In this document: piece after piece, positions 1-8,202 of the stretch
How positions within the stretch are numbered: position 1 is the first letter of the stretch
Layout: every line of letters starts with the position of its first letter
Source: Opitutales bacterium
GTDB lineage: Bacteria; Verrucomicrobiota; Verrucomicrobiia; Opitutales; UBA9783
Assembly: GCA_024407725.1 (NCBI GenBank)
Contig: JAKSVZ010000002.1
Location: 7,403-71,402, forward strand
Length of the DNA stretch: 64,000 nt
Reading direction: 5' to 3'
Translations under genes and position numbers: made by a program
The notes under the pieces: generated by a model
Databases searched by the model: none
What the model was told of the DNA's origin: nothing
The model's input: only the letters and a program-made list of their open reading frames with translations

Positions 1-1047
1 TCCGATTACGATACCGGTAATTAAACCAGCAACCAACGCTGACCATAACGCAGCGTCAAAGCCTAAAATCCGGCATAAGAAATAAGAAACAACAATCAAT
101 CCACCTGCCGCTATATGAATTCCTTTATCCAAGGCCTTTAAAATCGATTTTCCGGATTCTGCTCCAGTAACTTTTACGTTAAAAATACCTACCAACGATA
201 AGAAGATACCAAAAGCTCCTACGAGTACAGGCGCTAATACTGCATTCCATTGCAGGTCAGAATTTGCAAAGGCAATTGCACCTAAAGAAGCAGCTGCAAT
301 GATCGAGCCATAGTAAGATTCATACAAATCAGCTCCCATTCCTGCAACATCCCCTACATTATCTCCAACGTTATCTGCAATCGTCGCTGGATTTCTTGGA
401 TCATCTTCAGGAATATTGGCTTCTACTTTACCCACTAAATCAGCACCAACATCTGCTGCTTTTGTAAAAATTCCACCGCCAACACGCGCTAGCAATGCAT
501 TTAAGGAAGCTCCAACCCCGAAGGTAACCATCGTGGTTGTGATCAACGTGGCACGTTCGCTTGATGGAATATTTCCCGTAAACTGATTCAAAACAAAGAA
601 CCAGAATGAATAATCGAGAATCGCCAAGCCTACGACCACCAATCCCATAACGGAACCGCTACGGAAAGCAATCATCAATCCTTTGTTCAATGAATGACGA
701 GCGGCTTCTGCCGTACGAGCTGAAGCTGCAGTTGCTGTTTTCATTCCTAAGAATCCAGCAAGACCCGAAAAGAATCCACTCGATAAAAATGCAAACGGTA
801 CCCATTGGTTTTGCAATTGGAACCCATAGGCTAAAATCGCTAAAAATATAGCTAAGCAACCAAATAAGCATGCTACAATCTTATACTGTTGCTTTAAGTA
901 GGCCATGGCTCCTTCGCGCACATACCCTGCAATGGTACGCATCGTTTCGTTACCTTCATCTGCTTGCCTCATTTGCCCATAAAAATAGGCGGCAAATCCT
1001 AGGGCTGTTAAACCCGCTAATGGCGCTAGCCAGAACAATCCACTCAT
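1..1047 (-). CDS. hppA: Membrane-bound H+/Na+-translocating inorganic pyrophosphatase. N-terminal 349 codons only; the gene continues past the window start.
   Basis: Not in the ORF track because no stop codon lies in the window. The reverse complement from the ATG at 1047-1045 reads MSGLFWLAPLAG... with no stop down to nt 1. Nt ~330-420 encode ANIPEDDPRNPATIADNVGDNVGDVAGMGAD, the classic H+-PPase signature. Confidence 0.9.
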   Translation of the reverse strand, partial: MSGLFWLAPLAGLTALGFAAYFYGQMRQADEGNETMRTIAGYVREGAMAYLKQQYKIVACLFGCLAIFLAILAYGFQLQNQWVPFAFLSSGFFSGLAGFLGMKTATAASARTAEAARHSLNKGLMIAFRSGSVMGLVVVGLAILDYSFWFFVLNQFTGNIPSSERATLITTTMVTFGVGASLNALLARVGGGIFTKAADVGADLVGKVEANIPEDDPRNPATIADNVGDNVGDVAGMGADLYESYYGSIIAAASLGAIAFANSDLQWNAVLAPVLVGAFGIFLSLVGIFNVKVTGAESGKSILKALDKGIHIAAGGLIVVSYFLCRILGFDAALWSALVAGLITGIVIG

Positions 1048-1123
1048 AATCCTTATTATTTTTACAATTTCAGTATAGTTACTTTAAAAAATTTTACAAG
1101 CCCCTTAACGAAACTTCCCTTCC

Positions 1124-1837
1124 TCAATAATTAAAATCCAGCTGAATCGATGTAATACCTTTTTCGCGGATTAACGAACGCAACTTCGCATCTTGTTCCT
1201 CAAAACCCGGCATGCAATGCACATGCGTTACCACCAACATATGCTTAATTTTTTTGTACAAACCAGTTTCAATCAGTTTAATCACAATCGGGTATTCGCA
1301 CCCTTCTACTGCCAGCTTTAAAACATCAATGTCCGTCTGCAAATCCTCAATAAAAGCACATAAATCGATACATTCAATATCGATGGTATCGCCCTTAAAG
1401 CTTTTACGTACGTTATAGATAGAGCTTTCTTCTGAAAAGAAAACATCGTATTTCCCATAAGACTCTAAATACAGTTTCGTATTCAACGGCTTATCTAAAA
1501 CTCCCTTTTGATACAAATGGACATTGGGATTCGACCCAAATTTCTTTTGTAATTCTGCGATACACTTGGGATTGGGTTCAAATCCGTAAACAACTGCACC
1601 CTTTTCGACAAACAATTGCGCTACTTGCCCTAAATTCATCCCGCAATCAATATAAATAGCTCCAGGTTTTAATGCCTGATACCAATCGGTGTTTCGGAGT
1701 TCTTCTAAGCATCGTTCTTCACGACCCGTAGAACCCATCCATTTAACCAACATGGCTCTAGCGCGCTCAGGGAAAGCCCATCGGACGCACGCACGAATAA
1801 CCCCGTTTTCATATAATTTACGCAAAAAATGCTTCAT
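1124..1837 (-). CDS. FkbM-family SAM-dependent methyltransferase
   Basis: 237-aa ORF with an ATG start. IYIDCGMNLGQVAQLFVEKGAVVYGFEPNP resembles the FkbM-type SAM-binding core. Looks AT-rich relative to the housekeeping genes. Confidence 0.7.
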   Translation of the reverse strand: MKHFLRKLYENGVIRACVRWAFPERARAMLVKWMGSTGREERCLEELRNTDWYQALKPGAIYIDCGMNLGQVAQLFVEKGAVVYGFEPNPKCIAELQKKFGSNPNVHLYQKGVLDKPLNTKLYLESYGKYDVFFSEESSIYNVRKSFKGDTIDIECIDLCAFIEDLQTDIDVLKLAVEGCEYPIVIKLIETGLYKKIKHMLVVTHVHCMPGFEEQDAKLRSLIREKGITSIQLDFNY

Positions 1838-1962
1838 ACGTATCTTTGGTGTAAAAGAAAATCAGTTTTGTAGCAAGCACAAGTTCATACATGAATTTGT
1901 CTCTTTTTAAAATAAGCTTGATTATCAGAAAACTAATTTACACCTTTTTTGATAGTTGCTTC

Positions 1963-4449
1963 ATGAAACAGCTGGTAATTGCTGAAAAACCAAGCGTTGC
2001 GAAAGATTTAGCGAAAGCGCTAGGGGGATTTAAGACTAATAAAGCCGGATATTTTGAGCGGGATGATATGATTTTATCTTCCGCCTTAGGACATTTGGTA
2101 GAGTTGTATTTACCCGGAGACATTGATAAAAAATATAAATTTTGGACACTCAAAAATTTGCCCATTTTACCGGAAAAATTTCAACTAAAGCCCATTGAAA
2201 AAAGCGCTGAGCGTTTCCATTTTTTAAAAAAGCTGATGGAGCGTTCGGATGTATCAGGGTTAATCAATGCCTGTGATGCCGGTCGCGAAGGGGAATTGAT
2301 TTTTGCGTATCTATGTGAATTGGCGAATTGTAAAAAACCCACGCAACGGTTATGGCTTTCATCCATGACGCCTGATGCCATCCGCGATGCCTTTGATCAT
2401 CTACGAAGCGCCGAAAGTATGCAGTCGTTAGAAGCTGCCGCCCGTTGCCGTTCTGAAGCGGATTGGTTGGTAGGAATCAATGGAACGCGTGCGGTTACCG
2501 GACGTATGATGGGGAATCGCTCAAAAGATGTTGCGAGCGTCGGTCGAGTGCAAACTCCTACCTTGGCACTGATTTGCGAACGCGAACAAGAAATTCGCGA
2601 CTTCAAACCCACTCCTTTTTGGACCCTAGAAGGAACGTTTAAGTTGCACTCAGGTACTTATACGGGTTGGCTTCAGCGCCCAAACTTTAAAAAGCAACAG
2701 GAAGCAGATCGCAGTGACCGTTTTTGGAAGGAATCGGAAACGCAAGCCTTAATAACCCAACTTAATAGCCTTAAGCCAACGGATTGGGTGGTTCAGGACA
2801 GCCAAAAACTATCCAAAACAGCTGCTCCGCGTTTGTTTGACTTAACCTCCTTGCAACGTACCTGCAACCAACGCTTTGGGTATTCGGCAAAATTTACGTT
2901 GGATATGGCGCAAAGTTTGTATGAAAAGCATAAAGCGCTCACATACCCCCGTACCGATTCGCGTGCCTTGCCTGAAGATTATGGACCAACCTGTATTAAC
3001 ATCCTTAAAAAATTAAGCGGGGCTTATGCACCTTTAGCAACTAAGGTGATTGAACATCATTGGGTCAATCCTCAGTCGAAAATCATTTTTAATAACAAAG
3101 CAATTTCAGACCACTTTGCTATTATTCCAACCGAAATTGCTCCCAAGGAGCTCAAGGAAAGCGAACGAAAGGTATACGATTGCGTTGTACGACGCTTTAT
3201 TGCTGCCTTTTTTCCACCTGCTGAATTTTCAACCACTACACGCTTAACCACTCAGGCTGAGTTAACCTTTAAAACAGAAGGGAAGATACTCGTTCAACCG
3301 GGGTGGTTAGAAGTAACCGGAAAGCCAGAATCAAAAGAAGAACTGCCTGCCTTAACCCCTGACGATCAGGAGCATGCAACCAGCGAGGCTTTTCAGGTTC
3401 AAGCAGACGAAACGCATCCACCCGCTCGCTTCACCGAAGCGACCTTGTTAACCAGCATGGAGCACGCAGGTCAACAAGTGGAAGATGCGGAATGGGCTGA
3501 AGCCATGAAAGAACGTGGATTAGGAACTCCTGCCACACGCGCTCAAATCATTGAGAATTTAATCGGAGTTCATTATCTCGAACGGGTTGAAAAGCATCTA
3601 TGTCCTACGCCTAAAGCTGAACAGCTATTAGCGTTTTTAAACCTAACGCAGGTGCAAGACTTAGCAAGTCCAACCCTTACGGGCGAATGGGAGTATCGGT
3701 TAAATCAGATCCAAGATGGATCTCTGAATCGTGAACAATTCATGGAAGATATAAAGACGATGACAAAGCAGCTCGTGGAAAAGATTACCACGTTCCAAGA
3801 CTATCAAAACACGCTAAAGGTGCTAGCTCCAACCGACGGGAAACCAATGATTGAAACCTTTCGGTCGTATCAATCCCAAGATGGCACCTTGGTGATTTAC
3901 AAAACCATCGGTAACCGCAAGTTATCGCTTGAAGAGCTCGGTACGCTGATCAACCAAAAGCGGATTGGACCCCTGACCGGCTTTACCTCTAAATTAGGCA
4001 AGCTTTATACGGCTTCGCTTGTTTTAGGCGATGATTATAAGGTGAAGTTTGAGTTTGAATCCAAAACCGAATCAGCTCCAATCGATTTAAGCCTATGCGA
4101 ATGGATCGGAACCTGCCCCCTCTGCGGAGCTAAGGTTTATGTGAATGACCAATCCTTGGTATGTGAACATTTTTTGGAAAAAACCTGCGGATTGCGCATC
4201 AAACGCACGATTTTGGACTATACCTTATCGAACGATCAGTTGGTATACTTGTTAAAAAATGGTAAAACAGAGCTGATTACTCGCTTTAAATCAAAACGAA
4301 CTGGAAAGTTTTTCTCAGCCTATTTGGTGCTCAACAAAAACGGTTCTCTCAGCTTTGAATTTGAGTCCAAAGCCACCAAGGCTACCGATGAAAAGCAGCC
4401 GAAAAAGGCGAAAAAAGCGAAAGCTAAAACAAAAACAAAATCAGCTTAA
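1963..4449 (+). CDS. topB: Type IA DNA topoisomerase, topoisomerase III-like, with C-terminal zinc-ribbon/repeat modules and a Lys-rich tail
   Basis: MKQLVIAEKPSVAKDLAKALGG is a Toprim N-terminus of the TopB type, so the start was moved to the ATG at 1963. A C-terminal module is duplicated (...YTASLVLGDDYKVKFEFES / ...FSAYLVLNKNGSLSFEFES). CPLCG / C..C cysteines are present. The tail reads KQPKKAKKAKAKTKTKSA. Confidence 0.85.
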   Translation: MKQLVIAEKPSVAKDLAKALGGFKTNKAGYFERDDMILSSALGHLVELYLPGDIDKKYKFWTLKNLPILPEKFQLKPIEKSAERFHFLKKLMERSDVSGLINACDAGREGELIFAYLCELANCKKPTQRLWLSSMTPDAIRDAFDHLRSAESMQSLEAAARCRSEADWLVGINGTRAVTGRMMGNRSKDVASVGRVQTPTLALICEREQEIRDFKPTPFWTLEGTFKLHSGTYTGWLQRPNFKKQQEADRSDRFWKESETQALITQLNSLKPTDWVVQDSQKLSKTAAPRLFDLTSLQRTCNQRFGYSAKFTLDMAQSLYEKHKALTYPRTDSRALPEDYGPTCINILKKLSGAYAPLATKVIEHHWVNPQSKIIFNNKAISDHFAIIPTEIAPKELKESERKVYDCVVRRFIAAFFPPAEFSTTTRLTTQAELTFKTEGKILVQPGWLEVTGKPESKEELPALTPDDQEHATSEAFQVQADETHPPARFTEATLLTSMEHAGQQVEDAEWAEAMKERGLGTPATRAQIIENLIGVHYLERVEKHLCPTPKAEQLLAFLNLTQVQDLASPTLTGEWEYRLNQIQDGSLNREQFMEDIKTMTKQLVEKITTFQDYQNTLKVLAPTDGKPMIETFRSYQSQDGTLVIYKTIGNRKLSLEELGTLINQKRIGPLTGFTSKLGKLYTASLVLGDDYKVKFEFESKTESAPIDLSLCEWIGTCPLCGAKVYVNDQSLVCEHFLEKTCGLRIKRTILDYTLSNDQLVYLLKNGKTELITRFKSKRTGKFFSAYLVLNKNGSLSFEFESKATKATDEKQPKKAKKAKAKTKTKSA

Positions 4450-5472
4450 CGCGGTTTTGATGATTTCCCAATAACGGCGCACTCTCCACGAATAATGGGG
4501 CTGGAAGAACGTACAATCTCCGCCTTCATAATTTACCAAACCGGTTGACATACAATCTTTGCAAAAATCAACCTTTTGATGCCATAATGGTAGATTTTCT
4601 TTCGTAACATCAAAAACGCTTCCAATGGGTTCTTGAATATTACAACAGGCTATAATTTCTCCCTTTGCGTTCATAGCCAATTGATGATCAAACCAATAAC
4701 AGGTTTTAGATGGTTTAAAGCATTTTGCATTTAATCCCATCAAAAGATCTTCAACGAGGCATTTTAAATATTCTTGTGGTAAAGTATTTTTAATATATTG
4801 CATCCAGATTTTAAAATCTAATGGAATTGCGTAATAAGGGATAAGCATAACGTTCAACGATTTTGCAAATTCGTAGGCCGCTGGAATTTCATGAATATTG
4901 AACTGATACACATGAAAACGAATCATAATTCGTCCGATACATCCTCGTTGTCTCAACGTGCGGACCAATGTACGAATATTGTTTTTGATGTGTTCGAAAT
5001 CAAAACGATGAATCCGATCGTAGGATGCCTGGCTAAAACCACACATGGAAATGAACATAGACATAATTGGGCTTGCATCAAAGGTGCTGGGCAACGATGG
5101 CAAAACATTCGCATTAGTGCTTAAATCCAACAAACATTGCTCTTCGTTTGCGATTTCAACAATTTTTGCAAACTCCGGGTGCAGTAGCGGTTCATACCAA
5201 ATATATAAAATTAATTCACTACCAACCGTTAAAAAACCTTTTGCCTTTAAATCCTTAATAATCCTTCGGAAAAGCTCTACATCCATGAATCGATTACCTT
5301 CGCAGACAACAGGCGCATGGTTACGGTTCGCCATTCCCGTTGGGCAAAAATAACATTGAGCGTTACATACCTGACTAATATCCATCAACACCTGATTCTT
5401 TGCTGAATCGGGTAGTTTGCGGTACGCATTAATGCGTTTAATCGTCGATAGGGTTTTTAGGATCTGGGGCAT
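4441..5472 (-). CDS. Radical SAM enzyme with a C-terminal Cys-rich (SPASM/twitch-like) domain, paralog A
   Basis: 343 aa with an ATG start. Has the CX3CX2C motif CNAQCYFC, then YEPLLHPEF. The C-terminal cysteines read ...GEIIACCNIQEPIG...FCKDCMSTG...C. Its 3' end overlaps the topB 3' end by 9 nt (convergent). Confidence 0.8.
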   Translation of the reverse strand: MPQILKTLSTIKRINAYRKLPDSAKNQVLMDISQVCNAQCYFCPTGMANRNHAPVVCEGNRFMDVELFRRIIKDLKAKGFLTVGSELILYIWYEPLLHPEFAKIVEIANEEQCLLDLSTNANVLPSLPSTFDASPIMSMFISMCGFSQASYDRIHRFDFEHIKNNIRTLVRTLRQRGCIGRIMIRFHVYQFNIHEIPAAYEFAKSLNVMLIPYYAIPLDFKIWMQYIKNTLPQEYLKCLVEDLLMGLNAKCFKPSKTCYWFDHQLAMNAKGEIIACCNIQEPIGSVFDVTKENLPLWHQKVDFCKDCMSTGLVNYEGGDCTFFQPHYSWRVRRYWEIIKTALS

Positions 5473-5512
5473 TTTTTAAAATGATATTAACATTATCGTT
5501 TGTATGTAAATT

Positions 5513-6571
5513 TTACAAAAAGTATGATAAAGATGGTAAATCGAATTCATCGTTGTCTTCACACTGTATACGCGGGACACCTGCTGCCTTGCAGGTTTTA
5601 CAGAATTCAGACGTAGCATAATATGCCTGCAAGCTTTCTGGGGTCATGTTAAATAAACTGCCTATAGGTTTTGGGAACATAACACAAACATTTAAATCCC
5701 CATCCGGATTAATACAGATGTCCGTAAAGGAACATGTATTTACCGGTCCTCTTGGATGGCTACCATGAAACAAATACTGAGACATTAGTGTTAGATAATC
5801 TACAGGTAACTCTCGATTGTGGTATTTTAAAGCTCGTTCTCCATCCACAAGAAAAGCCCATACGGGCCAAAATCCTATATGTAACGAGCGTGCAAATTCG
5901 GCTGCAGCTTTAATTTCATGTGTGTTAAATTGATAAACATGAAATATTAATGTAAAATATCCTATACAACCATGTGCACGAAATTCATGAACTACTGATG
6001 CAATATTTTTCTTACACTGTTCAAAATCACTCATAAAAATCTTATCGTAAGATTTTTGACTAAACCCACACATGCTCAGTCTAAAGAAGGAAACACAAGA
6101 TGCATCAAATTTATCAGAAAATTTAGGTAAGAAAATTCCATTAGTAGATAAAGAAATGTGACGTTTTTTACGAGTTATGTAATCCATAAACCGTTCGAAT
6201 TCCGGGTGCAGCATAGGTTCGCCCCAGTTATACAAAGCAACCATCTGGTTGTTGTTTGTATGCAAAAAATGCTGTTTTTCTAGGTAATCCAGGATTTTTT
6301 TAAAAAGTTCAAAATCCATAAAATGACCTTTTTCAGTCGGAGCACACCCGTTGCGATTTTTATTTCCGGTTGAACAAAATATACACTTAGAATTACATAC
6401 GTTGCCTATATCTATATAAAATCCTGTCTCTTTCAGGCATTGTCGATAAGACAAAACGCGTTTTAATGCTTCAAGTTTATTAGGGATAAACTTTGATGTG
6501 CTAATTGTTTTAAGAATCTCCCAGCGTTGAGCTAATTTCAAACATTGATCAATTCGAAATAACTTATTCAT
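5513..6571 (-). CDS. Radical SAM enzyme with a C-terminal Cys-rich (SPASM/twitch-like) domain, paralog B
   Basis: 352 aa. Has CNSKCIFC (CX3CX2C) and YNWGEPMLHPEF. CSFTDICINPDGDLNVC fits C-x10-G-x4-C and is followed by CKTC...C. Roughly 60% aa identity to paralog C by eye. Confidence 0.8.
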   Translation of the reverse strand: MNKLFRIDQCLKLAQRWEILKTISTSKFIPNKLEALKRVLSYRQCLKETGFYIDIGNVCNSKCIFCSTGNKNRNGCAPTEKGHFMDFELFKKILDYLEKQHFLHTNNNQMVALYNWGEPMLHPEFERFMDYITRKKRHISLSTNGIFLPKFSDKFDASCVSFFRLSMCGFSQKSYDKIFMSDFEQCKKNIASVVHEFRAHGCIGYFTLIFHVYQFNTHEIKAAAEFARSLHIGFWPVWAFLVDGERALKYHNRELPVDYLTLMSQYLFHGSHPRGPVNTCSFTDICINPDGDLNVCVMFPKPIGSLFNMTPESLQAYYATSEFCKTCKAAGVPRIQCEDNDEFDLPSLSYFL

Positions 6572-6769
6572 ATTATCCTAAACGTAACCTATTGTTTTTG
6601 TAAGTACAACTTATTTTATCAGCCATTGGTTTCTTAAAAAGAAAGATTCTGATATACTAAATTATAATTATAAATTTATGCTAGGTATTACCCAAACCCC
6701 GTTATTCAGCCTTTTAGGGCAAAAAATAGCGGAAGATCCGTTTCGGCTGATCAGTGCGGTTATTTTCTT
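6561..6769. repeat. Copy 1 of a 209-nt perfect direct repeat (partner at 7994-8202)
   Basis: Compared base by base: 6561-6769 is identical to 7994-8202 (offset 1433). It covers the first codons of the rSAM gene (minus strand), the whole divergent intergenic region and the first 30 codons plus 2 nt of the plus-strand membrane protein gene. Confidence 0.95.
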
Positions 6770-6812
6770 GTGTGCTATTTTACATATCTGTGCGACATTT
6801 ATCCGCACTTGA
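6678..6812 (+). pseudogene. Truncated 5' copy of the 8111-9463 membrane protein gene (44 codons plus stop)
   Basis: Reads MLGITQTPLFSLLGQKIAEDPFRLISAVIFLCAILH, identical to the first 36 aa of the 8111 ORF. It then diverges (ICATFIRT*) at the duplication junction. Too short for the ORF track. Confidence 0.8.
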
Positions 6813-6882
6813 TCATTTGCTGATTCGGGCAGTTTCCGATAAGCCTAGATGTGTTTAATAATTGATAAGATTTTTTAAGATC
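6793..6882 (-). pseudogene. Decayed 5' fragment of a radical-SAM gene related to paralog A
   Basis: 6808-6882 aligns by eye to 5391-5464, the codon ~4-27 region of paralog A, at about 75% nt identity. The start codon is lost (gatcttacttgt versus gatctggggcat) and the frame contains stops. Boundaries are approximate. Confidence 0.65.
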
Positions 6883-6942
6883 TTACTTGTGAGTAAATAA
6901 ATGAAATTGTTTTATGATCCACTTTATCTCAATTACAATCAT

Positions 6943-8004
6943 TTATAAATAATACTTCAAAGCACGTAAATCGAATTCGTCGTCATCTTCGCACAATAAA
7001 CGCGGAAACCCTGCAGCTTTGCATTCTGTGCAAAACGGATAAGAATCACACAACGCTTTCCAGGAATCAGGTGTCATATCAAAAATGCTACCCATAGACT
7101 CTCGAAACATACAACATCGATGTACTCCTCCTCGTGGATTAATACAGAGTTGTGCAAAATGACATGTGTTAACGGGACCACGTTTATGGCCTCCATAAAA
7201 CAAGTATTGAAACATTTTACTCAAATATTCTGTTGGTAATTCTCCTTTTAAAAACTGCATGCCTCGCTTTCCATCCACTTGATATGCCCAAACTGGCCAA
7301 AAATCTATATGTAGCGATCGTGCAAATTCAGCCGCTGCTTGAATTTCATGTGTATTAAATTGATAAACACAAAAAATCAAACCAAAACCCCCAATATATC
7401 CATGATGTGCACGAAGATTTTTAACAAGCGTTGCAATATTGCGTTTACATTGTTCAAAATCCGCCATGAAAATTTTATCGTATGAAGCCTGACTAAAGCC
7501 ACACATTGTGAATCTAATAAAACGAATAGAAGATGCATTAACATTTGCCGAAAATTTAGGAAGATAGATTCCATTGGTGGATAACACAATTTTTCGTTTC
7601 TCTTGCGTTAAATAATCAATAATACGCTCGAATTCCGGATGAAGTAAGGGTTCTCCCCAGTTATACAAAGAAATTCGTTGATCTTTTGGGGTATGTATAA
7701 AACCCACTTCTTTAAGATGAGTCCAAACCTGTTTAAAAAATTCAAAGTTCATAAAGCTGCCTCTTTCTTCAGAGGAGCATCCGTTGCGATTTTTAATGCC
7801 GGTCGAACAAAATAAACATTTCGAATTACACACGTCTCCGATATCAAGGAATATATTATCTACATCCATCTCATGCCGATAACATACTAACTGCTTGATA
7901 GCCTTTAGTTTATTTGGCACAAATTTTGAAGTACTGATCGTTTTTAAAATTTCTAAAGCTTGATATAGTTTTAGGTGCCTACGCAACCGAAACAACTTAT
8001 TCAT
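6943..8004 (-). CDS. Radical SAM enzyme with a C-terminal Cys-rich (SPASM/twitch-like) domain, paralog C
   Basis: 353 aa. Has CNSKCLFC and YNWGEPLLHPEF. C-terminal cysteines read CHFAQLCINPRGGVHRCC...CTECKAAG...C. Shares the acidic tail CEDDDEFDL with paralog B. Confidence 0.8.
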   Translation of the reverse strand: MNKLFRLRRHLKLYQALEILKTISTSKFVPNKLKAIKQLVCYRHEMDVDNIFLDIGDVCNSKCLFCSTGIKNRNGCSSEERGSFMNFEFFKQVWTHLKEVGFIHTPKDQRISLYNWGEPLLHPEFERIIDYLTQEKRKIVLSTNGIYLPKFSANVNASSIRFIRFTMCGFSQASYDKIFMADFEQCKRNIATLVKNLRAHHGYIGGFGLIFCVYQFNTHEIQAAAEFARSLHIDFWPVWAYQVDGKRGMQFLKGELPTEYLSKMFQYLFYGGHKRGPVNTCHFAQLCINPRGGVHRCCMFRESMGSIFDMTPDSWKALCDSYPFCTECKAAGFPRLLCEDDDEFDLRALKYYL

Positions 8005-8202
8005 ATTATCCTAAACGTAACCTATTGTTTTTGTAAGTACAACTTATTTTATCAGCCATTGGTTTCTTAAAAAGAAAGATTCTGATATACTAAATTATAA
8101 TTATAAATTTATGCTAGGTATTACCCAAACCCCGTTATTCAGCCTTTTAGGGCAAAAAATAGCGGAAGATCCGTTTCGGCTGATCAGTGCGGTTATTTTC
8201 TT
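7994..8202. repeat. Copy 2 of the 209-nt perfect direct repeat (partner at 6561-6769)
   Basis: Identical to 6561-6769. Here it sits at the intact rSAM-C / membrane-gene divergent junction. Confidence 0.95.

Noticed and set aside
659-871. 70-aa minus-strand track ORF inside the first kilobase
   Set aside because: It lies on the same strand as the hppA reading frame that runs from 1047 to 1 without a stop and carries the PPase signature, but in a different frame. It is a spurious out-of-frame ORF.
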